Shown here: piece after piece, positions 35,361-48,189 of the stretch
Layout of the letters: the number at the start of each line of letters is the position of its first letter
How positions within the stretch are numbered: the stretch's first letter is position 1
Notes under the pieces: model-generated
The model's input: the letters and a program-made list of their open reading frames with translations, nothing else
Told to the model about the DNA's origin: nothing
Databases searched by the model: none
From: Hypanus sabinus
Taxonomy: Eukaryota
Length of the DNA stretch: 64,000 nucleotides
Direction of reading: 5' to 3'
Assembly: GCF_030144855.1 (NCBI RefSeq)
Contig: NW_026781450.1
Location: 124,001-188,000 of the forward strand
Made by a program: the position numbers and the translations under genes

Positions 35361-37972
35361 TCACTGTGGATTAATTTTCTCCTGACAACGCCGAGTGAAC
35401 TTTATTATGAGACAGTAGGGAGATTTCACCGTCTCCTTGAACTGCAGCCTAAACTTGGTCTGGGCCACGGCGTAAAGAGCCGTGTTGGTACAGCAGCTCA
35501 GGAGTTGAAGCATGTAACCGAATTCACGCGGACTACTCGGGGGATAAACGGTAATGTAAACAGCCACGTTATCCCATACGGACTACACCGTCAGCCGCGC
35601 CCACAGCAGGATGAAATTCCCCGACATCACCAACAGTAACAGGAGCGATTGCCTGCGGTTCTTCATCTCCGGGTCGGCGGGCATCTCGCCATCGCGCGAA
35701 CCACGGAGTCTCCTCCGGGCCCGGCTGACCACTGAGACGTGCCTGATAGTTAAACTGTTTAACAGGAGAATCAGGAGAAAGGGGAATATTGGGGTGAGGA
35801 GTGAATGAATCAGCAGAAATGTTGTCTGCAGAGATAGGAGAATACGGAAAGAACGTAAACAGAGCATGAACCAAAGTGACATCGCATATGCCCCATCGAG
35901 CAGAAAGTACCAGGAAATGTTCTTCAGGCAGCTCAGCACTGTCACCGTCCCCAAAACCAGAGCCGCCGCTCTCCCGGTGCAGTATTTTCGTTTTAGCTTC
36001 TGAAAGCAAATGGCGACAAATCGATCAAAGGTGAAAGTGACGGTGTACCAGACAGAACAGTCCGTGACGGTGTCGAGCATGACTGCGTGAATATTACACA
36101 CCCGAACACGATCCGACCAGAGGAAAACCTCCACTGGCATGTAACTCATCGGAATCTTGTTCAATACCAGATCGAAGAGAACGACCAGTTGATCAGCTGC
36201 TACCATGGCGACCAGGTACCGTGTGACACCTTTGGAGAGACCGCATTTTCCCCGCGACAGGATGACGATTGTCACCAAGTTCACTGTGCGGAGGGAAATA
36301 AAGACCATTAACACAGTCTTGGATGGAAAGATTCTCTAAAATCAACTATTTTAATCGATTGCATTTCCGAGAACAGAGATGGACATTGAAGCAATGTTTC
36401 TACTAAGGAGATTATGGACAACTTTTATGAAATGCGTAGTGAGGAAGTTCAGAACAATTAGTGGAATCTCATTGAAACATATCGAATATTGCAAAGTCGG
36501 ATTTCGTGGACGTGGAGAGGATTACTTCCGTAGATGTGGAGTCTTCAACTGGAGGATGAATATTTCCAATAGAACGACATCACTTTACAACAGTGGTAGA
36601 TGGAAATTTGTTCAGACTGAATCTGCTGAATACGTGGACTTTCTCGGCACAGACGGCTAAGGGAGTCAGTTCGTTGCCAACATTTGCAGCAGAGAGTGAT
36701 ATGCCCCTGATTTGTCGGGGCGCCAATGGATATGGAGAATGGCCGCCAGAAGGTGGTTGAGAGGGGCAATAAATCAGCTGTGATGGAATGGCGGAGAGGC
36801 CTCGGTGCTCGAATGTCCGATTTCAACTCCCGAGCCCTGTGGGCTACGCAGTGATATCAATGGATGCCTGGGATGCATCCTGATCGTTGGCGTCAGGAGA
36901 AGGATTAGTGATTAAGTGCCAAGTATCACGGCAACAGAAATTCAACTTCCTTCATCTGTAAACACGAGGGAACATTAGATCAGAAGAATTAGTAGCCGAA
37001 TGGGCGAATTCATCTCCGTCCGAGATTCACTCCCGAGAAACGGCTGTCTGTGTCCCCGAGCTCTGGTCTCACCTGCCTGTGGAAACGATCTTCCTGTCCG
37101 TGTCTTATCAACCCCCTTAGTATTTTACATGTTGCTAAAACGATCGTCTCTGATCCTTCTGAATTCCAGTGTGTGCAGTCCGAGGCGACTCAAACTTTCC
37201 GTATAGTCTCGCCAACTCATGTCTGGAATCAAAATAGGGAAACGACGACAACGCCAGTAAATCGCTTCTCAAGTCAGCAGACTAAGTCTTGGGCGCAGTA
37301 CTCCAGTTGCCTTGTGCCGCCTGTTCTTAAATTCCCGAATCTCGCAATGACGGCCAATATCCCATTTGCCTTCTTGTTAGTCTGCTGCTGCTGCTGCAAA
37401 CCAGCATAAAGTACCGGAAGCATGTGTAAGTTTCAGAGAGGCTGCAGCTGTAATTTACCGGAATACTGGCCGGATTGGAGAGTGCCCACAGTACGGAGAG
37501 GTTGTGTGCGCTCGAACTTTCTTCTCTGAGAGTGAAGGTGCATGGGCGGTCACTTGGTGGCACTGTTTGACAGGAATAGAGACACAGATAACTTTTGCCT
37601 GACAGAAAAGTAACCGGGACGCTGACAGCCCCAAAGCTGGAGAGGGAACTTCCGTAATTCACTCAGTCAGTGTTGCTGAAGCGGTACCGGTTTGAGATTC
37701 CTGACATGCAATTAGCGCGTCGGTAGAGGGCAGGTATGAAAGAGAAGCTGACTTATATTTTTCAACGTTATTCACGAGGAAGAGACGAGACTCTTACCAG
37801 GGACAGCTACAATGGCGAGTACAGGATAATAAATCATTTTCACGGTACTAAGCGCCTGATAGATTCGAAAATCCAACGGTATTCCTTTAGGATTTTTATG
37901 CAGATATGGATATGCCCGGTCAATATTCCTTAAAAATGCTGCAGCGTTACGTGATGTATTTTGCTGATCCAT
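35361..37972 (-). pseudogene. GPR139-like class A GPCR copy 1; two exons (37972-37798, 36283-35361); in-frame TAG at 35585-35583
   Basis: Exon 1 MDQQNTS..MIYYPVLAIVAVP G|gtaaga; exon 2 cacAG|TG NLVTIVILSRGKCGLS..FTFDRFVAIC..SCCTNTALYAVAQ; the stop replaces a Tyr codon (TAT) of copy 2. Confidence 0.9.
36400..37400. mobile_element. Two CR1 fragments (+ then -) in the GPCR intron, shared with copy 2
   Basis: CR1 3' motifs; the same arrangement occurs at ~61950-63200. Confidence 0.7.
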
Positions 37973-38389
37973 TTCCGGAAGACTCCAGATCCCTGTTCCC
38001 GATCCAACCTCTGTCTTCTCTCTACCTGGAGCCCGCTTGTCTCTGATAGCGTAGAGTAGCGTCTCTGACTCAGACTGGCGTCGAAAGGGGGTCATATCAA
38101 GAGAACAGTTAGGCAGCAGCCACACCTCCGCGGTGACGTCGACAATCCCCAAGGACACTCGCGTAATTAGGTTCTACGGAATGACAGGTGCTGTTAACCC
38201 TTTATTTTCAGACAGTCAGAGAAGAGATTCAAAAGCAGATTGGTCGTGTACCTAATAATCCCAGCAATCTGCTCTCCACGGATTCGTGCTGTGTCTGTAA
38301 ATTGACACAAAATTGAGAAACTAATTGACACACAGCTGGACATTCATTTACAACCAATCTGGGAAGGAAACAGAGAAAATAGATGCATT

Positions 38390-40480
38390 CGTCCCATCGA
38401 TCCTGCACCGCCATTCAGTATGATCATGGCTGATCATGCAACTCAGAACCCTTTACCTGCGTTCTCTCCATAGCCCCTGAGCCCTTTAGTCACAAGGGCC
38501 ATATCGAACTTCCTCTTAAGTATGGCCAATGAACCGGCCTCAATTGTTTCCTGCGGCAGAGAATTCCACACATTCACCACTCTCTGTCTGAAGAGGTTTT
38601 TCCTCATCTCGGTCCTAAAAGGCTTCCTCTTTATCCATAAACTGTGACCCGTCGTTCTGGATTGCCCCAACATCGGAAACAATCTTCCTTCATTTAGCCT
38701 GTCCAATCCCTTTAGAATTTTATACATTTCAATAAGGTCCCCCCTTAATTTCTAAATTCCAGAGAGTATAAGACTTGTCGACCAAGACTTTCTTCATATG
38801 AAGTCCTGCTATCCCAGAAATAAATCTGGTGAACCGTCCCTGTACTCCCTCTATGGAAAAATGTATTTCCTCAGATTATGGGACCAGAACTGCACACAAT
38901 ATTTTAGGTGCGGTCTCACCAAGGCCTTCTACAACAGCAGTAGAACCTCCCTGCTCCTGTACTCAAATCCTTTTGCTATGAATGCCTAAATACCATTTAC
39001 CTTTTTCACCGCCTGCTGTACCTGCATGCCCACCTTCAATGACTGGTGTACAATGACACCCAGGTCTCGTTACAACTCCTCTTCTCCAAATGGGCCACCG
39101 TTCAGATAATCTCTTTTCCTCTTCTTGCATTCAACGTGAAGAACCTCGCATTTATCCACATTAAATTTCATCTGCCCTGAATCTGCCCATTCACCTAACC
39201 TATCCAAATCACCCTGAATCCCGTTAGCATCCTCCTCACAGCTAACACCGCCGCCCAGCTTCGTGTCACGCGCAGGCTTAAGCTGCATTTAATTCCCTCG
39301 TCTAAATCATTAATATATATTGTAAACAACTGTGGCCTCAGCACTGAGCCTTGCGTCCCCCCACTAGTCACTCCCTGCCATTCTGAAAAGGCACTGAGCC
39401 TTCTTTCCGCCTTTTTCCATATGCGCTGTTGTCCCGTCTTTGATTACCGACTCTAGCGCTTTCCCCACCACCGATGTCAGACTAACCAGTCTATAATTCC
39501 ATGGTCTCTCTGTCCCTCCTTTTTTAAAATGCGGGTTTATATTCGCCACCCTCCAATCCTCATGACCTAATCCAGAATCTAAGGAGTTTTGAGAAAATAT
39601 CACCAATGCATCCACTATTTCTTTGACTACTTCCTTAAGCACTCGGGGATGCAGACCATCTGGCCATGGGGATTTATCTTCCTTTAATCCCTTCAATTTA
39701 CCTAACACCACTTCACTACTAGCATGTATTTCCCTCAGTTCCTCAATCTCACTAGACCATCGATTCCTTACGTTTTCCGGAAGATTATTTATGTCCTCCT
39801 TAATGAAGACAGAACCAAAGCAGTTATTTAATTGGTATACCATGTCTTTGTTTGCTATGATCAATTCAGCTGTTTCTGACTGTAAAGGACCGACATTTGT
39901 CCTGACCAATCTTTTTCTTTACAGGTATCTATAAAAGGTTTTACAGTCAGCTTTTATGTACCCTGCCAGCTTTCTCTCATAAGCCTTTTTTCCATTTCAT
40001 AATTAAGACCTTTGTCCTCATCTGCTGGACTCTGAATTTATCCCAGTCCTCAGGTGTGCCGCTTTTATATGCTAACTTATTTGTTTCTTCTTTGGACTTG
40101 ATACTATCCCATATTTCCCTTGTCAGCCACGGGTGCACTACCTTCCCTGATTTATTCTTTTGCCAAACAGGAATGAACAATTGTTGTACTTTATCCATGC
40201 GATCTTTAAATGCTTGCCATTGTATACACACTGTCAACCCTTTAAGTATAATTTGCCTGTCTATCTTAGCTAATTCACATCTCATACTTTCAGAGTTGTC
40301 CTTCTTTAAGTTCAGAACCTTTGTTTCTGAATTAACTATGTCACGCTCCATCTTCATGAAGAATTCCATCAAATTATGGTCACTCTTACCCAAGGGGCCT
40401 CGCACGACACGATTGCTAACCAACCCTTCCTCATTGCCTAATATTCAATCTAGAATGCCGTGCTCTCTAGTTGGTTCATC
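38390..40480 (-). mobile_element. CR1/HER1-type LINE, same family as 8427-10765
   Basis: MYKILKGLDRLNEGRLFP.., KSPWPDGLHPRVLKEV..WNYRLVSLTSVVGK, PLGKSDHNLMEF. Confidence 0.9.
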
Positions 40481-41099
40481 GACTATTGGTTCAGAAAACC
40501 ATCCCGCAGAGATTGACAATGATATTGAGTTCGATATTTGCAAAGTAATGATTTTCAGTAAGAGAGCGTAGAACCAGCGGCCAATCTGGACATCGGCTGA
40601 TCTTGGAGGAGAGGACTTCACTCAGCACGGGTATAAAAAAGCGACAGAGGATCCTTACAGTGAAAAATAGCTTTAATAAGGGTTCAGGCGGCGTTTCCGT
40701 TTGATCAGCAGGAGGAAGGCAGGGTGAACTGCAGAAGCCATCGTCTGAATGGACAGTCAAGCAGGTGACGTTCAGGCTTGTGCTCGCCGAGGCGTCAGCT
40801 CAGGGAGGCTTCAGTCAAAGGAGGCAAAGAAAAGAAAAGCACTTGTCCAAGAACGTTATTTCTTTCCCTTCTCTATATATCCGATCAGATAAGTTAAGAA
40901 AGGAGGCAGGCAGGTTAGTTGAATGGTCGCATTGCGCGATCAGGGAAGAGGCAGAGAAGATGAGAGTTGCGTTCATCTCCTGCTTCTGACATCTGCGTCA
41001 AGGAGGTAAAGGCTGAGCTGGACGAGCTCCAGAACATTTGGGTGGCTGAAGTAATGATAGACAAGACATATAGAGAGGGCGCTACACCCAGGGCGCAAT

Positions 41100-41650
41100 G
41101 CAGAGGAGACAGTGTGATAGCCAGTAAGGAGAAATAGATGAAGGAGCCAGGGAAGAGTTCCCATGTGACGATCTCCTTCAACGTTTTCGGTACCGTCGCG
41201 GGGTTTGGTGGGGGGAGGCGCGGAAGAATCGCCTAACAGTGTTCACTCAGTGTTAGGGTCTCGGGCACTTTGTTTGCATCTGAGACTCAGAAGGGAAGTG
41301 GGAGGGTAGCGGTGTCCGTGCATGTGGGGTGGACGGGGCCGCAGGGTGCGTGTCACGCTGTCGTGATAGGATATTCGTTATTGGTGCGACCAGGTGCTTC
41401 TGTCGGTGACAATGTCGGGGTTATCTCCGAACGAGTCCTCAGCATTCTCAACTGGGAGTGTGAACAGCTCGAAATCGTGATCCATTGAGTTACCAATGAC
41501 ATGGGTGCGATGAGTGATGAAGTACTGCTCTGCCAGTTCAGCGAGTTAAGAGAGAAGTGAAAATGCAGGACCCTCCAGGTTGTGCTGCCCGTGCTACGTA
41601 CTTGTGAGGCAGGAAGCTGGACGAGTATACAGATTAATAGGTGGCTAAAG
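41100..41650 (+). mobile_element. CR1 ORF1 (esterase-like) fragment
   Basis: VVIGYSLL..ISERVLSILNWECEQLEIVIH resembles the CR1 ORF1 SGNH domain. Confidence 0.6.
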
Positions 41651-43149
41651 AGTTGTTTTTATATCCCAGTCGTCTGGAAATGGATGCTAACTCTGCATTT
41701 GGTTTCCTCAACTTTCTGCAAATTTTCCTGTGGGGAATCTTCCCAAAATGCTCTGCACTTCCGTTTCTATCAACATTCTCCCTTTTTCTATAGTAGTCCG
41801 GATACCACAGAGAGTATCCGATCACCACAGCGTGACCAACACGCTGCCGGCCCGCCACCCTGCACACATTCGTATACCAGTCAACTAAAAATGGATAGGA
41901 GCATGCATTTTAGCTCCTCACCATTAACTGAACCTGGAGAATTTCCTTTGGCTCTGCAACTCAAATTTTCAATTCAAATGTTCTTCCCATTTAGGAAATA
42001 GTCCACGATTTTATTCCCTCTTTCAAAGAGTAACACTGGGCACTTCTCTATATTAAAATCCTTCTTAATTCTTTGTCTCTTCTCCAGTCTGTCTAATTAC
42101 TTCTGGAAGCACCCGACATCCTCAGCTCTACCTTCCGTTCCATGTACCTTCGCCTGGGTCTCAAACCCTTTCACAAAGCAATCAAACCATTCACCCGAAC
42201 CATTGATGTGTAACGTGATCAGAAACGGTTTCAACACTGATTCCTGCGGAACTTCACTACTCCCCTCCGTCCAATCAGAAAAAGGACCTTCGCAGTAATG
42301 ATTATGGACATCTGCAGTGGCCACAATTTTACACACCACCAGGGCATTCTGAAAGTTCTAAACAAATGAGAAGAACCCGCTGGTCTATGTCCGGACATAA
42401 GGTTTCACCAACTGCTGAGAAGCACAAAAGACACAATAACATTATAAATACAAGTGTCAGATTCCTACAAATTATATGCTAATTGATCAGTCACTACAGA
42501 AGGGACAATCCATAATAAGGCTCCGGATATAGTAACAGAGGATAGACAAAGAGCATCAACTTATTCAGTAGATAAAGCCATTGCGAACTCAGATAACGTA
42601 CAGAAATCAATGATTGACAGACAGCACAATATGCTGAATTAAGAGAGGAAAGTGAAAGAGCATGAAACAGGAACAGGGTATAAATTGTATACGTTGTCCC
42701 AACGTAATACTTTCTCTGGGTCATTGGCAACCGGTTTCATTGGTGTCGAAACACAGTGAAACAGTGTGAAGAAGTTTTTCTCTCTCCGTCTCTATTTCTC
42801 AGGCCACCAGGCTGGTAGAGCTAATAGGACCTGATGTTTCAATCCCAATGATAAATTGGCAATCTGAATGTGGGCGATGGGTTTGGAATGCTTTCAAGGA
42901 GGGTAGGTACCTCATCGTGGTCATCAGGTGGGCACGCTCCTCCTTCCACGTTTCTTTGATAAGCCCACGACGTCTCCAGAGATTGGAAATGTGCTACATG
43001 ACGTCCCAGGTACACACCCCTCGGTTCCATACCCAACTGTCTTCATCTTGCAGCTCAGTTGTTGTCTTTACTTTTCATCCAAATCCAGTTACTGCATTCT
43101 CCAGCTGCTTTTGACAGGGTCTTGATTGCTTGTTGTAAATAACCCCTCA

Positions 43150-45120
43150 CCCCCATCTTCCTCAATAGACTGTTCGTAGATGTAGCCACGAATCCCCTGC
43201 ATCCCACTTCTACAGGGGAAATCTTGGTCTTACAGTCGTTCTGGGCAGCGTCAGTTGCCAGTTCAGAATACTTGTTCTTTTCTCTCTCATAAGCTTCTTC
43301 ACCACCATCTTCTCATGTCCCCGAGTATTCCACAACATATGCCATCCTGGCTGCTGTGGACCACAGGACCATGTCTGGCCGGAGTCTTCTAGCCACAATC
43401 TCTGGGGGAACACAAGCTTTTTTGTTCCAAGTTCACGTCCATTTTCCAATACCAGGAAACCTACAGAATCCTTATCTATTTTGATGTTACATGGTGCAAT
43501 GAAGGTTGGCCTGCCGGTACACATCGTGTCTTGTGGACATTTCATGCGGATGGTTGTGCGGGAGACTTTGCGGTGATTCGTCTCTGTTACAGGATTTATG
43601 GCAGCTGTCTGATAACTTGGTTATGCAGTCAAGTTTACCGCCCCTGGGTGAGGCTCGTGGTGTATGCTGTTAAAATAAGCGTTAGTTATCTAGGTGCTTG
43701 TCAAAGAGAACAAGTGGGGTCTACCACCCCCCACCTGGTTCAGGCTCTGGGGTGTGAGTAGGAGGTTATAATTTGCTCTGATAACAAAACTTAACCTAAA
43801 TTCCTCCATCGCCCAGATGCTACGCAAACTGAATTTTCTGTTTTCCAGGATCTCGCAATTACTGCATCGGTCCTGCTTGGCTACTTAGAGCGCCCTGGCG
43901 TGTCGCTCTGAATCCCCCTGCCTTCTGATTCCTCCACCACGTGTCGTCGCTTCTGCACTGATGTTGCCCTGTTCCATTAAGGATACTCTGGGACGAGCCC
44001 AAACCCGGCTCTCCAAAGCCGGACTTGGTCACCCACGTCCCTGAAGCAAAGAGCAGACTTAGCACTCTGAACGGCTGCAGATGGGGTCCACATCCTCCCA
44101 ACAGCCACACGGCGAGTAGGCGATCGAATAACAATATCTTCAGATTCAGTGAGGTTCAGGACCATCCTTGCTTTGGTGCATTTAAATCCTTCCATAAGAC
44201 TTACAACTGGTAATTCGAATTTGCCGTTCCCGTACAGTCCAACGGGAATTTAGGATCGTGGAAGTCCAAGCCACTGTTTCACATGTGTGCTGATCACTCT
44301 TTCGAGCTTTTCCACCATGTTATGGGAATTTCATACACTGCTAAATCCGCATGAGTCTTGGCAGTCCGCCGAACTGTACGCACTACAGTTTGAGTTTTCC
44401 AGGCAGCCGGATCGTGTGGACGCGACTTAAGTAGATGATTGTAGACTTTTGAGTTGTATAAACTGTTCTGTGTCCTTGGGCCGAACACCAGACCATCGAC
44501 CCAAGCTCTTCACTGGCATTTCTAAACAGTTGGCACAGGTGTTCCGTCAATATGAAATTTTTGATCTGTTACTTGACCTTTGACAATGGAGATCCTTCTC
44601 ACTTGCTGGGCTTGATCTTCATCCTCGCCCGTGTGATGTTTTGAGGAAGCTTTTCCAGGGGACAGTTTCGTCAGTATTGCTATATCGTCATGATAGGTTC
44701 ATATCGGAGTAAACCCTTGATCAAACTGTAGTCGTTTTCCTCCTGTATCCCATTTTGATGCTCTGATAATGAGTTCGATTGCTTCAGTGAAGGTCAGTGG
44801 AGAGATGGTGCACCCCGCCATGCTGCCTTCTTCTACTGGTTGCCAAGCTCTGGTGAATTCTGGTGTTGTGAGACAAACTTGCAATTTCCAGAAGCAGTGT
44901 TACTATTTGTTACTATTGCAGGCATCTGAAAGAATTCAAAAGCTGACCACAGTAGGGAACGAGGAACTGCACCATAGGCGTTCGCCCGGTCGAGGAACAA
45001 GACATGCTGATTCTTTCCTTCTTTCGTAGCCATCTGGATATGATGCCATATGACGCAGTTATGTTCAAGGTGTCCTGAGAAGCCTGCAATGCCAGTCTAT
45101 TGGATTGACGTATCAATGAA
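43150..45120 (-). mobile_element. Degenerate HERO/NeSL-like (R2-group, REL endonuclease) non-LTR retrotransposon
   Basis: FLDRANAYGAVPRSLLWSAFEFF, WQPVEEGSMAGCTISPLTF..IIRASKW..GG.RL, and KKLVFP with a frameshifted RPDLV-type segment. Confidence 0.7.
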
Positions 45121-46359
45121 ATTTGTTTGTTTCAGATTCTTTGTAAGTACTTGCGCCAAAATGCTGAAAAATATCTCGCCTTCTGTGTTCAGAATGTTTA
45201 TTTAGCGCAACTGTTGTCTGATGAAAGAATACTTTTCTTTTCGATTCAGAATTCCACCCGCTCTTCTCCAGCCTTTGTGGATCGCTTGCTCATACCGTTA
45301 GATAGAATATAACCACGTGGTGAAATAGATTGAAATCAGTCCGCAAGACCTTTCGTTTAAAGTGGAGAAAGCAAGGTTGCCAATGGCAAAGGTTTTCACA
45401 TGTTCCGGGGAGAAGGCAAGACAATGGGTTTACGAAGGACAATAAATCAGTCATGATATCAAGAGAAACTTCCAGAAGGCGCCAATTCAATCCAAAGGCG
45501 TCTTGCTAAGGAGAGTGCTCAGTCGAGAGTGATCTTCTTACTCTGACCGTTTCAACGATTGTGGGTGCTGTCTTTCGTCGATTCTCTCGTGGTTATTTTT
45601 CTATTCGGGATTTATTGAGTTTCCTAGCAAGAGAATGTATCTCGTGGTATATAGAAACGTATATATACCGATACAGCCAAACGGTTTCTTTGGCTGCCTA
45701 AGTCCAGGCAAAGTACTCTCCGGTCCCCCCAAAACAACTGAGATTGAGATGGCTCGATTCCAAACTAAATCCCGGCTGGTTTTGCTGCTGTGTAATTTGC
45801 AACCATATTAAATAAATAGTGCCATGAAATAACAGCCAGCATATGATTAAAGAGATTATGTTTATGAATCTTAACGTTAAGATGGAATCCTAGGTGTTTG
45901 TGATGGAATGTGTGACTTGTAGAACGCTGTCTAAACCCTGACAGAGAGAAAGAGGGAGCGCCGGCCGCCTGTNNNNNNNNNNNNNNNNNNNNNNNNNNNN
46001 NNNNNNNNNNNNNNNNNNNNNNNNNNNNNNNNNNNNNNNNNNNNNNNNNNNNNNNNNNNNNNNNNNNNNNNNNNNNNNNNNNNNNNNNNNNNNNNNNNNN
46101 NNNNNNNNNNNNNNNNNNNNNNNNNNNNNNNNNNNNNNNNNNNNNNNNNNNNNNNNNNNNNNNNNNNNNNNNNNNNNNNNNNNNNNNNNNNNNNNNNNNN
46201 NNNNNNNNNNNNNNNNNNNNNNNNNNNNNNNNNNNNNNNNNNNNNNNNNNNNNNNNNNNNNNNNNNNNNNNNNNNNNNNNNNNNNNNNNNGACAGGTAAA
46301 GTTATGTGATGTAAAATCGATGTTAAGGTTTCTCTGCAACATATTTTAAATATGCAAGT

Positions 46360-47450
46360 ACACAGAGACAGACACAGTTAGAGGCAAGATGGATTCGCTC
46401 AATGAAAGCCTGTCCCTGGATTAAACTTTCAGTAGCCCAAACGGGGTGTGTTGATATCGATCCTGAGTATTGATAAATGATTCCCACAAGTGTCCTGCAA
46501 CTTGAGCAAGTTTACAAGAAAAGAAGAGAGGAGAGATGGATTTGAAACAGAAGAAACCTAGTGACAAGGAGATCACAGTTTGGACACTCTCTGTAAGTAG
46601 CCCGTGAGGGTGAGTTTGTTACCATTCGGCTACGAAAGGCTGATTGTCCCTTTGTTAATCCACAGGAGTGGGAGCGAAGCCCCAGTTTTTTCGGGATCAA
46701 TAAAGTATGTCTGTATGCCTGTCTGTCTGCCTTGGTGAGGGGAATTCTTCTGTGAGTACCACGTGTGTGTTCACCCTTCGTCTGCGTGTGGTACTTCACT
46801 GACGTATTGTAGCCCTGTGGCAAATCACTGTTATTTAGTATGTCGTGGAACTGGATAAGTGGTTATCAAGTTGTGTGTTTGGTGTAACATTGCTGAATCA
46901 ACTGGTGTGTTGACTCTTGCCTGGGTGGTCGCCTTGCAGAGGGTCCGCTTTGTGATAAGCTGCTTTTGGTGATAATTCAAACGTGGATTCTGTTTGGGTA
47001 TCCTGTGGACACCACTTTGGGATGACCCGGAGCTGAATTCGGGTCTTGTACAACCTGAAAGGATTTTCGCTGAAGATAACTGTCGGTGACACTTCGTGGG
47101 TGTGGACTGGAACAACGACGGAGATAAAAGCTACTGCGATTGTTATTTTGTATTGCTGTAGTGGAATCTGTGTAATGTCGACGTATTGCTTTCTCACAAC
47201 ATTCGCCTTTGGAGTACGAACATCTCGCACTAATTAGCCTGTGAACTTTTCTTACATGCCATCGTAAGACTATATAACTTACCACTGAAGCTTCAATAAG
47301 TTCGGTAGCTTTATTTACATCTATATATGAATAACACCGTCGCCTCTTCACTTACCAGGTTTAAGTGACTATATTACGTACTTAGTATGAAAATAGTGTT
47401 TTGCTGACAGCAAAACCAGACTCCAGGTGTGTTCTGTCGCTGTTGAGATT
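46360..47450 (+). mobile_element. LTR-like interspersed repeat, copy 2 of 3 (longer)
   Basis: Homology to 34110-34960. Confidence 0.6.
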
Positions 47451-48189
47451 TAAACAGCGTTGCGATGCGAAAACCTAGCGATAGTTTATCAACTTAGCGA
47501 CGGTGTTAGGAACGAAGAACAAAAGATGAAACCCCATTCTAATTAAACAGTCAATGTACAGCAGAACTTCCTTGTCACTCGCGTCCCGGCCCTCGGTCAA
47601 CGCGACAGAAGACACCATCTTCCGGATGTCGCTCGCAATCCATCTCGACCAAACGGGTCTCTCGCCGGATTGTATCCTGCGATCGGTATCTTTCCTATTC
47701 TGCCGCCAAACCGAAAAAATAAATAAATCAAGACCAAGCTACTGCCCCTCACCAAGAAAACCTCCCTCTGATACTTCCTTGCTAGTCGATGGCACACATT
47801 CCTTATCTTTAACAGTAATCCAAGCTGGATGCCAGCAGAATGGAATGATCTTACCCAACTGATAAATTAAATACGGACTACAAATATGAACCAGGTTATT
47901 ACAGTTTGACTTTTAAACTTAGAGGGGAATCACACAGAAAATTGCTGCGGCAACTCAGCAGGTCAAGCAGCATTTCAGGAGATGAATAAGCACTCGACGT
48001 TACGGGCCGAGACCATTTATTGCGACTTGACAGCAGATTTGTACGTTTCCTCTCTATATAATTTCAGTGAGTTCACTGCTCATCATCGGCATTTGCAATT
48101 AATCAGTAAATCCGCTATATACAGGAACACAATAAAGTCATTTGGCCCAACGAGTCTGCTCAGTCTTGGCTGATCTTCTATTTCCCTTC

